Source: Podarcis vaucheri
Lineage: Eukaryota
Assembly (NCBI GenBank): GCA_965113315.1
Contig: OZ220370.1
Length of the DNA: 64,000 nucleotides
Strand: one strand, 5' to 3'
Shown here in pieces: positions 52,121 to 64,000 of this stretch (its first letter is position 1; the number at the start of each line of letters is the position of its first letter). Below the pieces are notes generated by a model. The model worked only from the letters and a program-made list of their open reading frames with translations. It was not told where the DNA came from and made no database searches. The position numbers and the translations under genes were made by a program.

Positions 52121-54569
52121 GGAAGTTCCATTATGCAAGTTGAACTCATTGTACTGACAAAATGATTTAGCTGGAATTCACCCATACTTATTAAGTAATA
52201 CACAGCATTCATTTAGCACTGACACCCTGGGCTCCTTTGGGCGGAAGGGCTGAATATAAATTTAATAAATAATAGATAGTGTGTTTGAGCATTCAAAACA
52301 TTGTATATATAGGTTGGTATTTAAGTGGCAGGTGTGATGTTCTACACAGAGTTTAGTTCCGATTAACAGTGGAAGTCCCTGCATTGCCAAAATACCCCTC
52401 CCCACCCCTGCCCCTCACCCACAGCAAAAAAAAGGTCAAGGGCCCTCAGTAAATACCTGATAAAGTGCCACCAGCAGTCAAAAAAAAATGCACACCCCTG
52501 CATTCTGGCCCTTATTCTTGTGTAAATATTGCAACATCACTAGAATGTGGGTGAAAGACACCCCCATATTGCAGCTGAAGGGCTGAGCCTGATAAAAATT
52601 AACTTGCCTAAGACCACTTTGCAATTCATAACAGGAGCAAGCTTTAAACCAAGGATTGTTTTTCCTTTTCAGCTCAGTCTTGGCCACTACACTACACTAG
52701 CTCTTTAAGTATTAGCATATTAAGTATACTATTAGTATACTATTAGTATACTTTGTATTAATGCTATTATTCCACTTGAGTTTATGTATAAAACAATAGG
52801 TGGAACACATAAAAGCGATATTATTCAGTGGCTTGAGATAGGTGTCAAAACACTGCTAGCCTGAGTTAAATCAAATGTTAAAACTGGAATAGGAGCTGAG
52901 ATACGGGAACAGATTAAAGTAGTTTGGACAGATTGTTGGCAGTCACTCATGCCCTGAAGATAAAAGTTTATTTGGCCGTATGTGCAAAACTTCACTATAG
53001 TCATTTGTCATTCTCTGTAGCAATACATTTCCCAAACTTTCTTTCGTTTCAAGACAGGTAGGTTTTAAAATGTATGGTTTCTAAACATAATAGATATTTC
53101 CAGAACACGTGCCACAACTATTACAGCCTTATTATTCTGTAGCAGTGCTTAGAAAGAGATAGGAGGTGACACTTGAGTTGAACAGCTGAATTCCAAAGTG
53201 ATACTACATTTTCTGTGCAATTTCAGAGGTTCAAAGTGTCAAACATCCTTGTGCAAAAAGCCACAAAACACTTATCTGTAATTAATTATAATGTATAAAT
53301 GCACAAAACAACTAAGTAACATTTTTAATGAAATGTAACAGGTCTTCTTTCAGGTTACCTGCTACAGTACTTAACATAATTCTGTAATTTCTACAAAAAA
53401 TTGGAGGCATAGCCAGTAATTTAAATTCACCACTGCTGTTAATTTGCGAAGGCATAATCTAAGGCAACATAACTAACTACCCAGAATATATAAAAAGCAA
53501 AAGTAGTTATGTTGGTCCACAACAACCCCCCACCCCCCAGCACCACAATCCACAGGTGAGCAATATCATACAGCTACCTGTTAAGTGTATAAACACAGGA
53601 ACACACTCACCACCTCCTCCTCCAGCACAGTCATGGTGAGGAGGAAGTACGCAAGCTTCAGCTTCTACTTTGAATTCTACTAAATTCTACCAGAATTTTT
53701 TATTCTTTTTAATTTTTGTAGAATCACTTTTAATTATACCAAAATTAACCAGTTTGTCAGTTTTGATGATGCCTGCTTAAAAAAAAAAATGTTTAGGCAA
53801 GCTCACCCATGTATGGAATTTTAACAGTTAAAAATTGCTGATTTTAGTTATATTTTGATAATTTTTATGTCAAAATGTTTTAAGATTTGATTTTATCTGT
53901 ATTTTAAATGAGTATCTTATAGCACTTTGTGCAAACTTCATAGAGATTTTTGTCAATTAAGCAGGGTATAAATCTTGGTTAAATAAAAATAAATAAAATA
54001 ATGATGCAACAATGTGTGGTTAAGTGAAAGCTTCTAAACTACTCCTCGCAGCTGTACTAGAAGAGAGGGGAGGGATGAGCATATTAGCCAAGGTTAATTA
54101 ACTATGGCTCAGCATGACATCTAAACACAGCCACTATATGAATTTATCACATCAATGTAATATACCAACAGTGTAATCTTATGTATATTTACTCAGACGT
54201 AAGTGCCATTGATTTTAACGGGGTTACTCCCTAGGAAGCGTTAGGACTGCAGTCTAAGACTAGAATTCAGAGCACTACAAACTGAAGGAGCAATATCTGT
54301 TGCACAGTTCCACAAGTAAACAACCAACTTTCGTATAATCTGTATGCACTAGAGATGGAGGAAGCGACAAAAGAGTCCCAAGCTAAGCCGATGGACAAGA
54401 TTGCCAACTACCAGGGCACACGCCAATTCCTGCTGGGATACCACCACAGTAGTAGAGCTAAAACAGAGGCCTGGCTCTATTGCCAAGATGAAGGAGACAT
54501 CAGCTCCTACCAGGAAGAGACAGGGAGTGTGGTCAAGCAGAGTTCCAACAAAGCCTGTAGCCACTAGTT

Positions 54570-54789
54570 CAGGGGTCAGCAAACTTTTTCAGCAGGGGGC
54601 CGGTCCACTGTCCCTCAAACCTTGCGGGAGGCGCCGGACTATATTTTGGAAAGAAAAGAAAATGAACGAATTCCTATGCCCCACAAATAACCCAGAGATG
54701 CATTTTAAATAAAAGGACACATTCTACTCATGATTCCTGAAGCTGATTGGCCTGGATCCGGCCCCTGGGCTTTAGTTTGCCTACCCATG
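54570..54789. mobile_element. hAT-Charlie (MER30-like) MITE, 220 bp
   Basis: Ends CAGGGGTCAGCAAACT / AGTTTGCCTACCCATG; perfect 8-bp TSD CACTAGTT at 54562-54569 and 54790-54797. Confidence 0.88.
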
Positions 54790-55269
54790 CACTAGTTCAT
54801 AACCCAGTCAGTCACCGACAATGAGCATCAGCTCTCAAACAACATGGGTTGGGGGGCGGGGAGATGATAATGGCCTCACAGGCCCTTCCATCTTAAATCT
54901 AAGGGGAACTCCACCCACCACACGTAGCTAAAATGTGCATTGTCTGTGCTAGGGGTTACATATCAGTTCACGGAAGACTACATGGGCATGCAGTTTTATT
55001 TTCTCCCTGCCAGGTTTTCTGCCTTGTACAAAAGACATAGCTTTTACACAAATAGAATTATGATCCTCTCTAAAGCTGTATAAATACTTTTTATTTTCGA
55101 TCAGGTGTTCCTATCTACTTAAAAAAGAAGAAGAAAAAGCAGAACTACAGAATCAATCCAAGAGGATCCATTTGAAAACAGCAATAATATAAACTTTCAG
55201 TTACTATAATCACTAGTGTATATCCTTCACGAAGCATCCACAGAACAATACCAGAAAATATCAACATAC

Positions 55270-55321
55270 CTGTTTTTTCTGACGTTCTCAGAAACACCAT
55301 ATCAGATGGAATTCGCTGATT
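55270..55321 (-). CDS. ATP9B: ATP9B coding exon (52 nt, probably exon 7): NQRIPSDMVFLRTSEKT(G)
   Basis: Acceptor CAACAG, donor GTATGT; 'IPSD' motif of P-type ATPase A domain; phase 0 to 1. Confidence 0.96.
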
Positions 55322-55565
55322 CTGTTGGGGGGAAGTACAGCATGTTTGTTATTTATATGTGTGTGTATAGAGGGGGGGCATTTAATTATAAGGGTTGAAT
55401 CCTATATAGTCATTGTGTTCATGGAACAGAATTACCCCCTCCTCTGTGTACCCCTGAACCCACCCAAATCTGCTCCAGAAACATAACGACTTGGTTTCCA
55501 ACAAATACATTCTTTATTTATACAAACCAGTAATATTTCAATAAGCAACAGATCTTTAAATGAAG

Positions 55566-55590
55566 TATTTATTTATTTATTTATTTATTT
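55566..55590. repeat. (TATT)n microsatellite
   Basis: Direct read. Confidence 0.9.
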
Positions 55591-55787
55591 AAGTGCAACA
55601 CAAGAAACGTTTGGGGGCCAAAGGGATGTGAGCTTGCTTACACAAATCCCTTTGCCTCTAAAGCCATCACTGGGTCCTGCACTAGGCTGAATTGAAGCAA
55701 ACAACTGTAGCTCAGTAACCATCTGACAATCACACTTCAAACCTGGATGGCTGGGGGCTAGCACTTGGGCATTAATTTTACTGTGCG

Positions 55788-55824
<37 letters not shown>

Positions 55825-55826
55825 TG
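55788..55826. repeat. Compound microsatellite (CT)n(GT)n
   Basis: Direct read. Confidence 0.95.
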
Positions 55827-57159
55827 GGTAATATTAGCAAACTTAAACCATCACTTTATTGTCTACATATCCCTTAACTATTATGTCAATTGTCCAATGG
55901 TGTTTCAATTCTCTTCCCCTTCTTTTCATTTTTTTAAACTATGTTTAACTTGCTAAACTATCAAAATGCTAAAGCTAACTGGGGTTGATTTTGTCCTCAG
56001 CAAATAGGATAAAGGAACCGTTAGCACTTTGCCCATATCACAAGATCCATAGTTACAAATAGCAGACATTAAGTACAGTAAACATCAAAACAGCAGCACT
56101 AGTTTACGCTATCACTTTTCCTCCAACAGCCTTTAAGAATCAGGCATTTTAGACTGAGAACCCCCTCTGCACAGTGTCTTTGATCTCTGATCAAATAAAT
56201 AGCTTTGCATTGCTGCTGTAAAGTATGTGTGTAAAGTAAACACAAAATGATGGGAAATGCAAACCTTTAGCGTTCTACAGAGAAATAACAGAAGAGCCTA
56301 CTCCAACATCTAAGAAAAGCAAATGACGTGAGAATGCGTGTAGAATCTCATTTCACTCCATCAGAATTTTTTTTAAAAAATGCTGAAATTTAATTGCATA
56401 TTCTAAAACCGTCCAGATCCTTCCTATATTGAGCAAAAAGTCTTTTTATATAGTAAGGTGGAAAGAGAGGGTACAGAAAAAATATAAATCTTACTGAAGA
56501 ACATGAACTATATTGTATATTCAATACTTGTGAACCTACTATCTGCAAAACTGAGAGGAGAGGCAAAAGGCAACTTCAGAAGTCAATAAATCATTCCTTA
56601 AATGACAAACATAAAATCAGATGTGCTGTCTTTATATAGATTAACTATACATCTTTACAACTTCTCTTTTAATGTTGACATAAACCTTTTAGTCACATCT
56701 CAGGTTACTAGCGTTATACTTTAAAACTGTTGCCCGTTAACAAGCTGAAGCTTTGACAAAAACGCAGCTCTTTCACACACCAGCAGACATAATTAATCTT
56801 ACCATCCTCATTACAATGGCAGGAAAACAAGTTCTCATATTTGTCAGTTATGAGTTCCAATTATTTATCTTTGTAACAAAAGTAAAAATTTAAAATTATA
56901 AAGACCTTCATACTGACAACAATGGTTGAAAAAGATCTACTTTAGATTTGCTAAAATGAAATAAATAAAATAAGCCCTACCAATTTACTCCAATTAATTA
57001 TTTGGGAGCATATCCAGCTGCAACATTGCTGGAGCTATGCAAGGGTGGACCCAATCGCCCTGATCACCCTTGGGCAGGAGATCATTGCAAGCTTTATGTA
57101 ATAACCAGGCATTATCAAGATTTTAAATGTGTTCTCTTGTATCCTTTGTTCAGGGCTAT

Positions 57160-58004
57160 GACTGGATGAATCCCAAGCCGGAATTAAGATTGCCAGAAGA
57201 AATATCAACAACCTCAGATATGCAGATGACACAACCTTGATGGCAGAAAGTGACGAGGAATTAAATAACCTTTTAATGAAGGTGAAAGAGGAGAGCGCAA
57301 AATATGGTCTGAAGCTCAACATAAAAAAAAAAAAAAGAACATGGCCACTGGTCCCATCACCTCTTGGCAAACAGAAGGGGAAGAAATGGAGGCAGTGAGA
57401 GATTTTACTTTCTTGGGTTCCATGAACACTGCAGATGGTGACAGCAGTCACGAAATTAAAAGACGCCTGCTTCTCGGGAGAAAAGCAATGACAAACCTAG
57501 ACAGCATCTTAAAAAGCAGAGACATCACCTTGCCAACAAAGGTCCATATAGTGAAAGCTATGGTTTTCCCAGTAGTGATGTATGGAAGTGAGAGCTGGAC
57601 CATAAAGAAGGATGATCACCGAAGAATTGATGCTTTTGAATTATGGTGCTGGAGGAGACTCTTGAGAGTCCCATGGACTGCAAGAAGATCAAACCTATCC
57701 ATTCTTAAGGAAATCAGCCCTGAGTGCTCACTGGAAGGACAAATCCTGAAGCTGAGGCTCCAATACTTTGGCCACCTCATGAGAAGAGAAGACTCCCTGG
57801 AAAAGACCCTGATGTTGGGAAAGATGGAGGGCACAAGGAGAAGGGGACGACAGAGGACGAGATGGCTGGACAGTGTTCTCGAAGCTACCAACATGAGTTT
57901 GACCAAACTGCGGGAGGCAGTGGAAGACAGGAGTGCCTGGCGTGCTCTGGTCCATGGGGTCACAAAGAGTCAGACATGACTAAACGACTAAACAACAACA
58001 ACAA
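57160..58004 (+). mobile_element. BovB (RTE-clade LINE) 5'-truncated copy; RT C-terminus NNLRYADDTTL...YGSESWTIKK...
   Basis: ORF 57341..57979 is BovB ORF C-terminus; YADD encoded near 57219; poly-A slippage near 57323-57336; (CAA)n tail. Confidence 0.95.
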
Positions 58005-58336
58005 TGGGTGACATCCAGCAGTGCCTTTTTGACTGCAATGGGCTTCTGACTGTGCAACAGGACTTTCTCTTTTTCTGTTTTCCCCTACAGCCTCACTGTG
58101 CACCTTAAAAATCTGCTCTGGAAGGTTGGCGTACCTTCCAGAGCAGATGGAGGGCAGGCTGCTGGCATAACATTATATAATGCCCATTAACCACCTATTC
58201 TGCTTGAAACCTGCTCTGTGGCAGGAAATTATACAAATAGCAAAAACGATAAATGTATACAGGCCAATACTTTAAGAGCTCTTATCTGTAGTGTGTGTGT
58301 GTGTCCCCAATCTAAAAAATATTTTAAAGTACCAAC

Positions 58337-58395
58337 CTTTTCCACTATGATGAGATCGCCAACTTGAATGTCTGAGCTTTTAACTTGCACTTTAC
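58337..58395 (-). CDS. ATP9B: ATP9B coding exon (59 nt, probably exon 6): (G)KVQVKSSDIQVGDLIIVEK
   Basis: Acceptor TTTATTTAAAG, donor GTTGGT; P4-ATPase A-domain 'VGD' motif; splices in frame with next exon. Confidence 0.95.
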
Positions 58396-58564
58396 CTTTA
58401 AATAAACAAAAAATAAGTCAACATAAGCAATAATCAAGAAATCACAGACACATTTTACTCCTTTGCTGACTTTTGTGGGAGTTTTTTAATCAAATAAATG
58501 TTTTTAAAAACCATTAAGAAGCTTACTTAAATACAACTAGCTTTAACATAACTGTAACGTCAAT

Positions 58565-58830
58565 CTCTGAGAGAAATTTTGGAAGAATGATTTGAAATTT
58601 TCTACACGCTATACACTGAAAGAGAACTATATGAAAATGATTCATAGATAGTATTTAACTCAAAATCGATTGGCTAAAATGTACAAAATGTGGAATCGGA
58701 TTTGTGTTCGAAATGTAAAGAAGTAGAAGGAACATTTTTTCATATGTGGTGGGCAAGCACATATTGGGAAATAATATATAACGAGATGAAAAAATGTTGA
58801 AAACAAAATCCCCCCCTAAAAAAAAAAAAG
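58565..58830 (+). mobile_element. L1/Tx1-clade ORF2 C-terminal relic
   Basis: Frameshifted remnant LKENYMKMIHR*YLTQNRLAKMY ... CSKCKEVEGTFFHMWW (zinc-knuckle region). Confidence 0.75.
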
Positions 58831-60759
58831 CCTTCATGGGTCATATTTGACAGGTAGGCCCAAATAAATTATGATGTCAAGTAGAACCAATCTCACCCAA
58901 AAGCAACATTTGGTGCCAAACGCAAACCCAAACAACTAAACCGACTGATTTCCAGCAAAATCAGTTCCACTGAGGAATTCTGATGGAACAGTGAGATGAA
59001 AAACCAATTTGGCACTTGAAATTAATTTTCTTCTGCAAAAAAGCAGTTCTTGCTTGGTGCAATGGCCATTAACACCAAGAAAACATACACTTATTCTTCA
59101 ATAATTAATGAATATAAATTATAGTAAACATAGCATTACTCTGAGTGTCACGGGAAAGTCAGGTGAGTTAAACATTTAAATGAGAAACACCTATTAATAC
59201 CTATTAATATGGGAAGTCTTGAAATTTATCCTCCTATCTGAAAACCTAAATTTGGCATCCAGAATACAGCTGACTCCCGAACGTATCTCAGATACTATTT
59301 ATTCCCAATCATCCTGTGAACATCTTGCATGTCTACAACCTTTGCTTGAAAACTACAAAGTATCATGCACTTAATGCATGTATCCCAATTCTAAATACTT
59401 GTGTTTTTACTAAATAAGTACCATAGTGGGTAGACCCCATCTCCACTTCTGTGAAGTATTGCTCATTGTGGGGTGATAGCACTTAATGCCTCGTGATGTT
59501 GGTCTCTTGATTTATTCTCAGAATATGCCTTCCTGCCCCAAAATTCTAATTTCTCACAACACGGTAAGAGTTGTAGTTATGAGAGTGAGACTTCTGTTTT
59601 ACTAAAAAGCTTCGGTAAAATTATGTATTATCAAACTGCTGCTCTGAAGTACAGAATGTGTAAATTTATCCTTCATAGCATAGTGCACTTTTTTATGAAT
59701 GTGGTAACAGCGACAGTTGTTTCCAATGCAAATGTACAAATTCAGGTAAGTTTTACCCTACGCCCACTTGTTTGCAGGGGGGCTGGTAGAACATACTTCA
59801 GCAATAAAAACGATAATTTAAAACCTTAAGATGTCTATAAACAATTCTCCTTTCACTATTAGAACCAGTAGTCATTTGATAACATTTCAGAAAACATACA
59901 AATTATATAATATTACAACTTTGGAAAGACAATTTGAGAAAAACATCAAATGCTATTCGTTGAATAAATTATTTTTGCAAACTATTTTTTCCTTCTAAAC
60001 ACATCTCACTAGCTAAAAACACTCTTCACCATCTGTGTAATTGCCAATAAAAAAGTCCAAAGCTGTCAGAAGTGACTGCATATCGAAGCTTTATAGTCCA
60101 CCAAGGCGCAAGCCTTTGCCTAAAGCCGTATTGTGGAACTAGAACACAATTAAGTGTCTATCATAATTCATTACACTTGAATGGCTCAAGAAGATTGCAG
60201 TGGAGTTAAATAAATATAATCCTAGTCTATGAATGCCAACAAAAGATATCCACAAACAAGGTAAGCAAAATTATGCAAATGCTGTAGTAGAAAGAATGTG
60301 AAGCCTCCTTTCAACATTTCTCTTCAAGATACTGTCTCTGTTTTGGTTAGTTAACCTGGTTCAAGTAAATAAATAAAAATTCCAAAAATGTGCTTAGTCA
60401 AAAAGCTAAACCTCCGGTTGTTTTCGAATCTGCATCCTGTCCTTCCAACTCACAACAAAATTATCAAGGAGGTTCACATAAAAGGATGGCAATTTTCTAA
60501 AACAAGCTGTTATATTCATGCAAAGCTCTAAAATTTTGGGTCAAGAAATTGAAGCAATGGGAGATCAATAGAGGAATTAGGACAGGAGCAAATAGAAAGC
60601 AGTAATTGGTGATAAACTGACCAGGTACTGAAGAATACTAAACCTACAAAGTGCTCTTAGCCAAGAAACGTCAGTAACTGTGACAACTTTTAGAGACGCA
60701 AAAGCATAGTGTCACCCAGAGAGGGAGATATTAATAGTCATGCCATTGTAGCAAGGGTA

Positions 60760-61086
60760 AGGTAAAGGTAAATGGACCCCTGACCATTAGGTCCAGTCGT
60801 GGCCGACTCTGGGGTTGCGGCGCTCATCTCGCTTTATTGGCTGAGGGAGCCGGCGTACAGCTCACATGGCCAGCATGACTAAGCCGCTTCTGGCGAACCA
60901 GAGCAGCGCACGGAAACACCGTTTACCTTCCTGTCGTAGTGGTACTTATTTATCTACTTGCACTTTGACACGCTTTCGAACTGTTAGGTTGGCAGGAGCA
61001 GGGACCGAGCAACGGGAACTCACCCCGTCGCGGGGATTCGAACCGCCGACCTTTTGATCGGCAAGTCCTAGCAATACCCGCGTCCC
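60760..61086 (-). mobile_element. Sauria SINE, intermediate subfamily, with small internal deletions
   Basis: GGGACGCGGG start, B-box, ACCTTT tail; TSD CAAGGGTA at 60752-60759 and 61089-61096. Confidence 0.9.
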
Positions 61087-61212
61087 ACCAAGGGTATTCC
61101 AGTCCAAATGATTTTGGAATCTAGGACACTCATTTTGCAGGTTTAGTAAATAACCATACGATTGATCCCAGAATAATGGATCACATGACTGTAAACTCTT
61201 GGGTGGGATATA

Positions 61213-61907
61213 CCATATATACTCAAGTATAAAGGTAAAGGTACCCCTGCCCGTACGGGCCAGTCTTGACAGACTCTGGGGTTGTGCGCCCATCTCACTC
61301 AAGAGGCCGGGGGCCAGCGCTGTCCGGAGACACTTCCGGGTCACGTGGCCAGCGTGACATCGCTGCTCTGGCGAGCCAGAGCCGCACACGGAAACGCCAT
61401 TTACCTTCCCGCTAGTAAGCGGTCCCTATTTATCTACTTGCACCCGAGGGTGCTTTCGAACTGCTAGGTTGGCAGGCGCTGGGACCGAACAACGGGAGCG
61501 CACCCCGCCGCGGGGATTCGAACCGCCGACCTTTCGATCGGCAAGCCCTAGGCGCTGAGGCTTTTACCCACAGCGCCACCCGCGTCCCTATACTCAAGTA
61601 TAAGCCGACCCAAATATAACCCGAGGCACCTAATTTTACCACAAAAAACTGGGAAAACTTATTGACTCAAGTATAAGCCTGTTCACCACACCACAAACCT
61701 GGTGGCGGCAGCAGCAGCAGCGGAGAAAGAACAAGCAGCCCAAAAGGGCTGCTTTCGGGCTGCTCATTCCTCCGCCACCAACAGCGGCAAAGGCGGAGAA
61801 GGATGAAGGAGCAGCCCGAAAGGACCCTCACTCGAGTATAAGCCGAGTGGGGCTTTTTCACATAAAAAATGTGCTGAAAAAGTCAGCTTATACTCAAGTA
61901 TATACAG
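61213..61907. mobile_element. Non-autonomous Tc1/mariner-superfamily (Tc2/pogo-like) element interrupted by a Sauria SINE
   Basis: TIRs CCATATATACTCAAGTATAAGCCGAC / GTCAGCTTATACTCAAGTATATACAG, TA flanks, internal repeats of CTCRAGTATAAGCC. Confidence 0.8.
61233..61588 (-). mobile_element. Sauria SINE, young subfamily, inserted in the left TIR of a DNA transposon
   Basis: Full length; perfect 15-bp TSD TATACTCAAGTATAA at 61218-61232 and 61589-61603. Confidence 0.93.
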
Positions 61908-64000
61908 TATGTACCTGTCAGTAATAGTGGCTGTACTTCCATTTTAATCAGAAGAGCCATGGCAACAGTACTAAGACTGTCCAAAGAAGTTACTGTACTG
62001 CTTAATGCTGTAACTATTAAAATAGCTATATTGATCTATGATTCTTTGTGAGACCTATAGCTGGTACAGCATATACTAAATGCCCATTAATTACAATACT
62101 ACCGATGTGGGGGAATGTTGGAGTTTCATATTAAAGACAGCCACAAGGAGCACCTTCCAACATACAAACTGCCCCTGCAATAGCGGCATTCCAACATAAC
62201 AATAAGCTGAGAACCTTGGTTTAATAAACCATCCTGTGTATGAGCTGATGCACCTGGTCCAATCACACCCACTTTGATCTTCCCTTCGTGCAAATGAATA
62301 TACAAACCACAAAGAGAATAGCTTAGCATTATGTCTGAACTGGAACAAATAACTTGTTTCACCATGAAAAGCCATGAGAACTAGCCAGCCTTAAACCAAG
62401 AGTTGCTTGTTTATGAATCTTAACTTGTTAGGGAGAAACAAACCACCATGGGTTTGGACATAATGTTAAGCTACTCCCTTCCCTGTTTGCTTACCTGCTT
62501 GTACAACCAGGAGTGATAAGGCTGCGTGTACAAGCAAGCAGCTAATACACAATAAGGTCTATAAAGCCAGGTTTCTTGGCTTATTGGTACATGCGAACAT
62601 GGTCACTGAGGAAATGCTCTGTGCTACATCTGTCCTAGGTCAGACAGACATCACTAGACTTCACCCAATACCCTTAAGTAAGAACAGCGTGCACACAAAT
62701 GAGCTGGGAATTGGGAAAACATACTTCTGCTGGTTTTCTCCAGAAACATGATTGCAGGATGGAACTCTCATCATCAACAAACTTGCTCAGTTCAGGCGCA
62801 CAACAAAAGCACAAAGGGAGTGGGGATATAAATTTAATAACTAATAGCAATAAATAATAACAGTATGCATAAGGGACTGATTGGTTGGGGGGTAAAGGAG
62901 AAGAGAACTTGCAAGCATCTAGGCAAGGAGCAGAGAGGGAGAAATACTCTCTTTTCCAAGGATGGCATAAGTACAGGACTATAAAACATGAATTCCTGGC
63001 ATTGACTATTAAGAACTAAGGCATGAACTTCCCTTGTTATGCATCATGAGGTTATGAAAGTTTATGGAAGTTTTACAAAAGATGCCATTCCAGGGGGAAC
63101 AAAATTGTTTTTAAACAAGTGTGACCTTCCATTCCTTTGTACTCATTTGCAGTCATTCTTCCCTCCATCTGCTGTTATTTCAGAACAAAGGAAAAGGGAA
63201 TGCATCACCATTGCTGAGCCATTGCCAAGGCAACGGGACCAATGCACCCTGCCTTGCCATGCTTTGGTAAGTTGCACTGCTTGCAGTTCTATGTAGCAAC
63301 TTTCACCCCAAATAAGTTATTGTCATACAGTGCTGCATGTGACTGGTTGGAACAGAAGGGGGAGAGAGGCTGAAAGTAATGTACAACAGATGGACAGAGT
63401 GCACATTTGGATACATATTTGACTAGGTATCCATAGACACATTCTGCCCCTACTAGTCAAATGAGCACAACTGGGTTGTGTAACAGGGTGTTTTCCAACA
63501 TGCAGAGGGGGAGAGCAAGCCTACATGAGTGTTCTACCCTGAACTGGCCCATTAGGAGCCACAAAATCTCCTGCAATATTAAACTATCCTTTGTGGAGAT
63601 CAGAAGGTTTTCAGAAAGTGGCAAACTAAACGGTAACATAAAAATGTAGCAAGCCACAATTAAGAGATGATAGAAAATCTCTACATACAGAAAGAATACT
63701 CAATACATGGAGCCATGAAATAAAAAATAAGCAGTATAAGCTTCAACAAAAGGCATCGTTTAATGGAAATTTATAAGCAGAGTTTTAGTTAATAGTATTC
63801 ATTTCTGTTCCAAAGGCTAGCCATGGATGAATGCATATGGATGATTTCAATGTATACATAACAAAGGAAAATGGAATGTTAATTATTTTTATATTAAACA
63901 CCAAATAAAATTAAAATCTATTCAGCAGTTTTACCAAATATATTGGCTTATTCTTTGAGTAAGATCAACACAAGAGAGATATGTATGCTGTATTTAACAT

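Noticed and set aside
52720-52752. Short tandem TAGTATACTAT repeats (also small duplications at ~37880-37925 and ~59189-59208)
   Set aside because: Ordinary slippage duplications with no sign of function
7313-58395. Assignment to paralogue ATP9A
   Set aside because: Peptides such as [33 protein letters not shown] and [13 protein letters not shown] fit ATP9B as recalled; a protein BLAST would confirm

Overview
Vertebrate genomic DNA from a squamate, most likely a lacertid lizard (inferred from Sauria SINE, BovB and Squam3-like repeat content). The window lies within the P4-ATPase (phospholipid flippase) gene ATP9B on the minus strand. Eight GT-AG exons (59+52+95+81+76+77+161+143 = 744 nt) splice in frame from KVQVKSSD... 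through the DGET actuator motif, TM3/TM4 (PISL) and the DKTG phosphorylation site. They probably correspond to human exons 6-13. The introns hold seven Sauria SINEs of at least three subfamilies, two BovB 3' fragments, L2 and L1 relics, many Tigger/Tc2/hAT MITEs (several nested) and homeodomain-motif-rich stretches that resemble conserved enhancers. I found no convincing new protein-coding system. The best leads are: (1) five N-runs that look like hard-masking of conserved non-coding elements rather than assembly gaps; (2) a near-identical inverted SINE pair bracketing two exons, a circRNA/ADAR candidate; (3) a compensatory-change-supported 3' RNA structure across Sauria SINE subfamilies that shares a hairpin with BovB; (4) a MITE stack forming a ~200-bp hairpin in a short intron. 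Repeat family names come from pattern recognition, not database searches.
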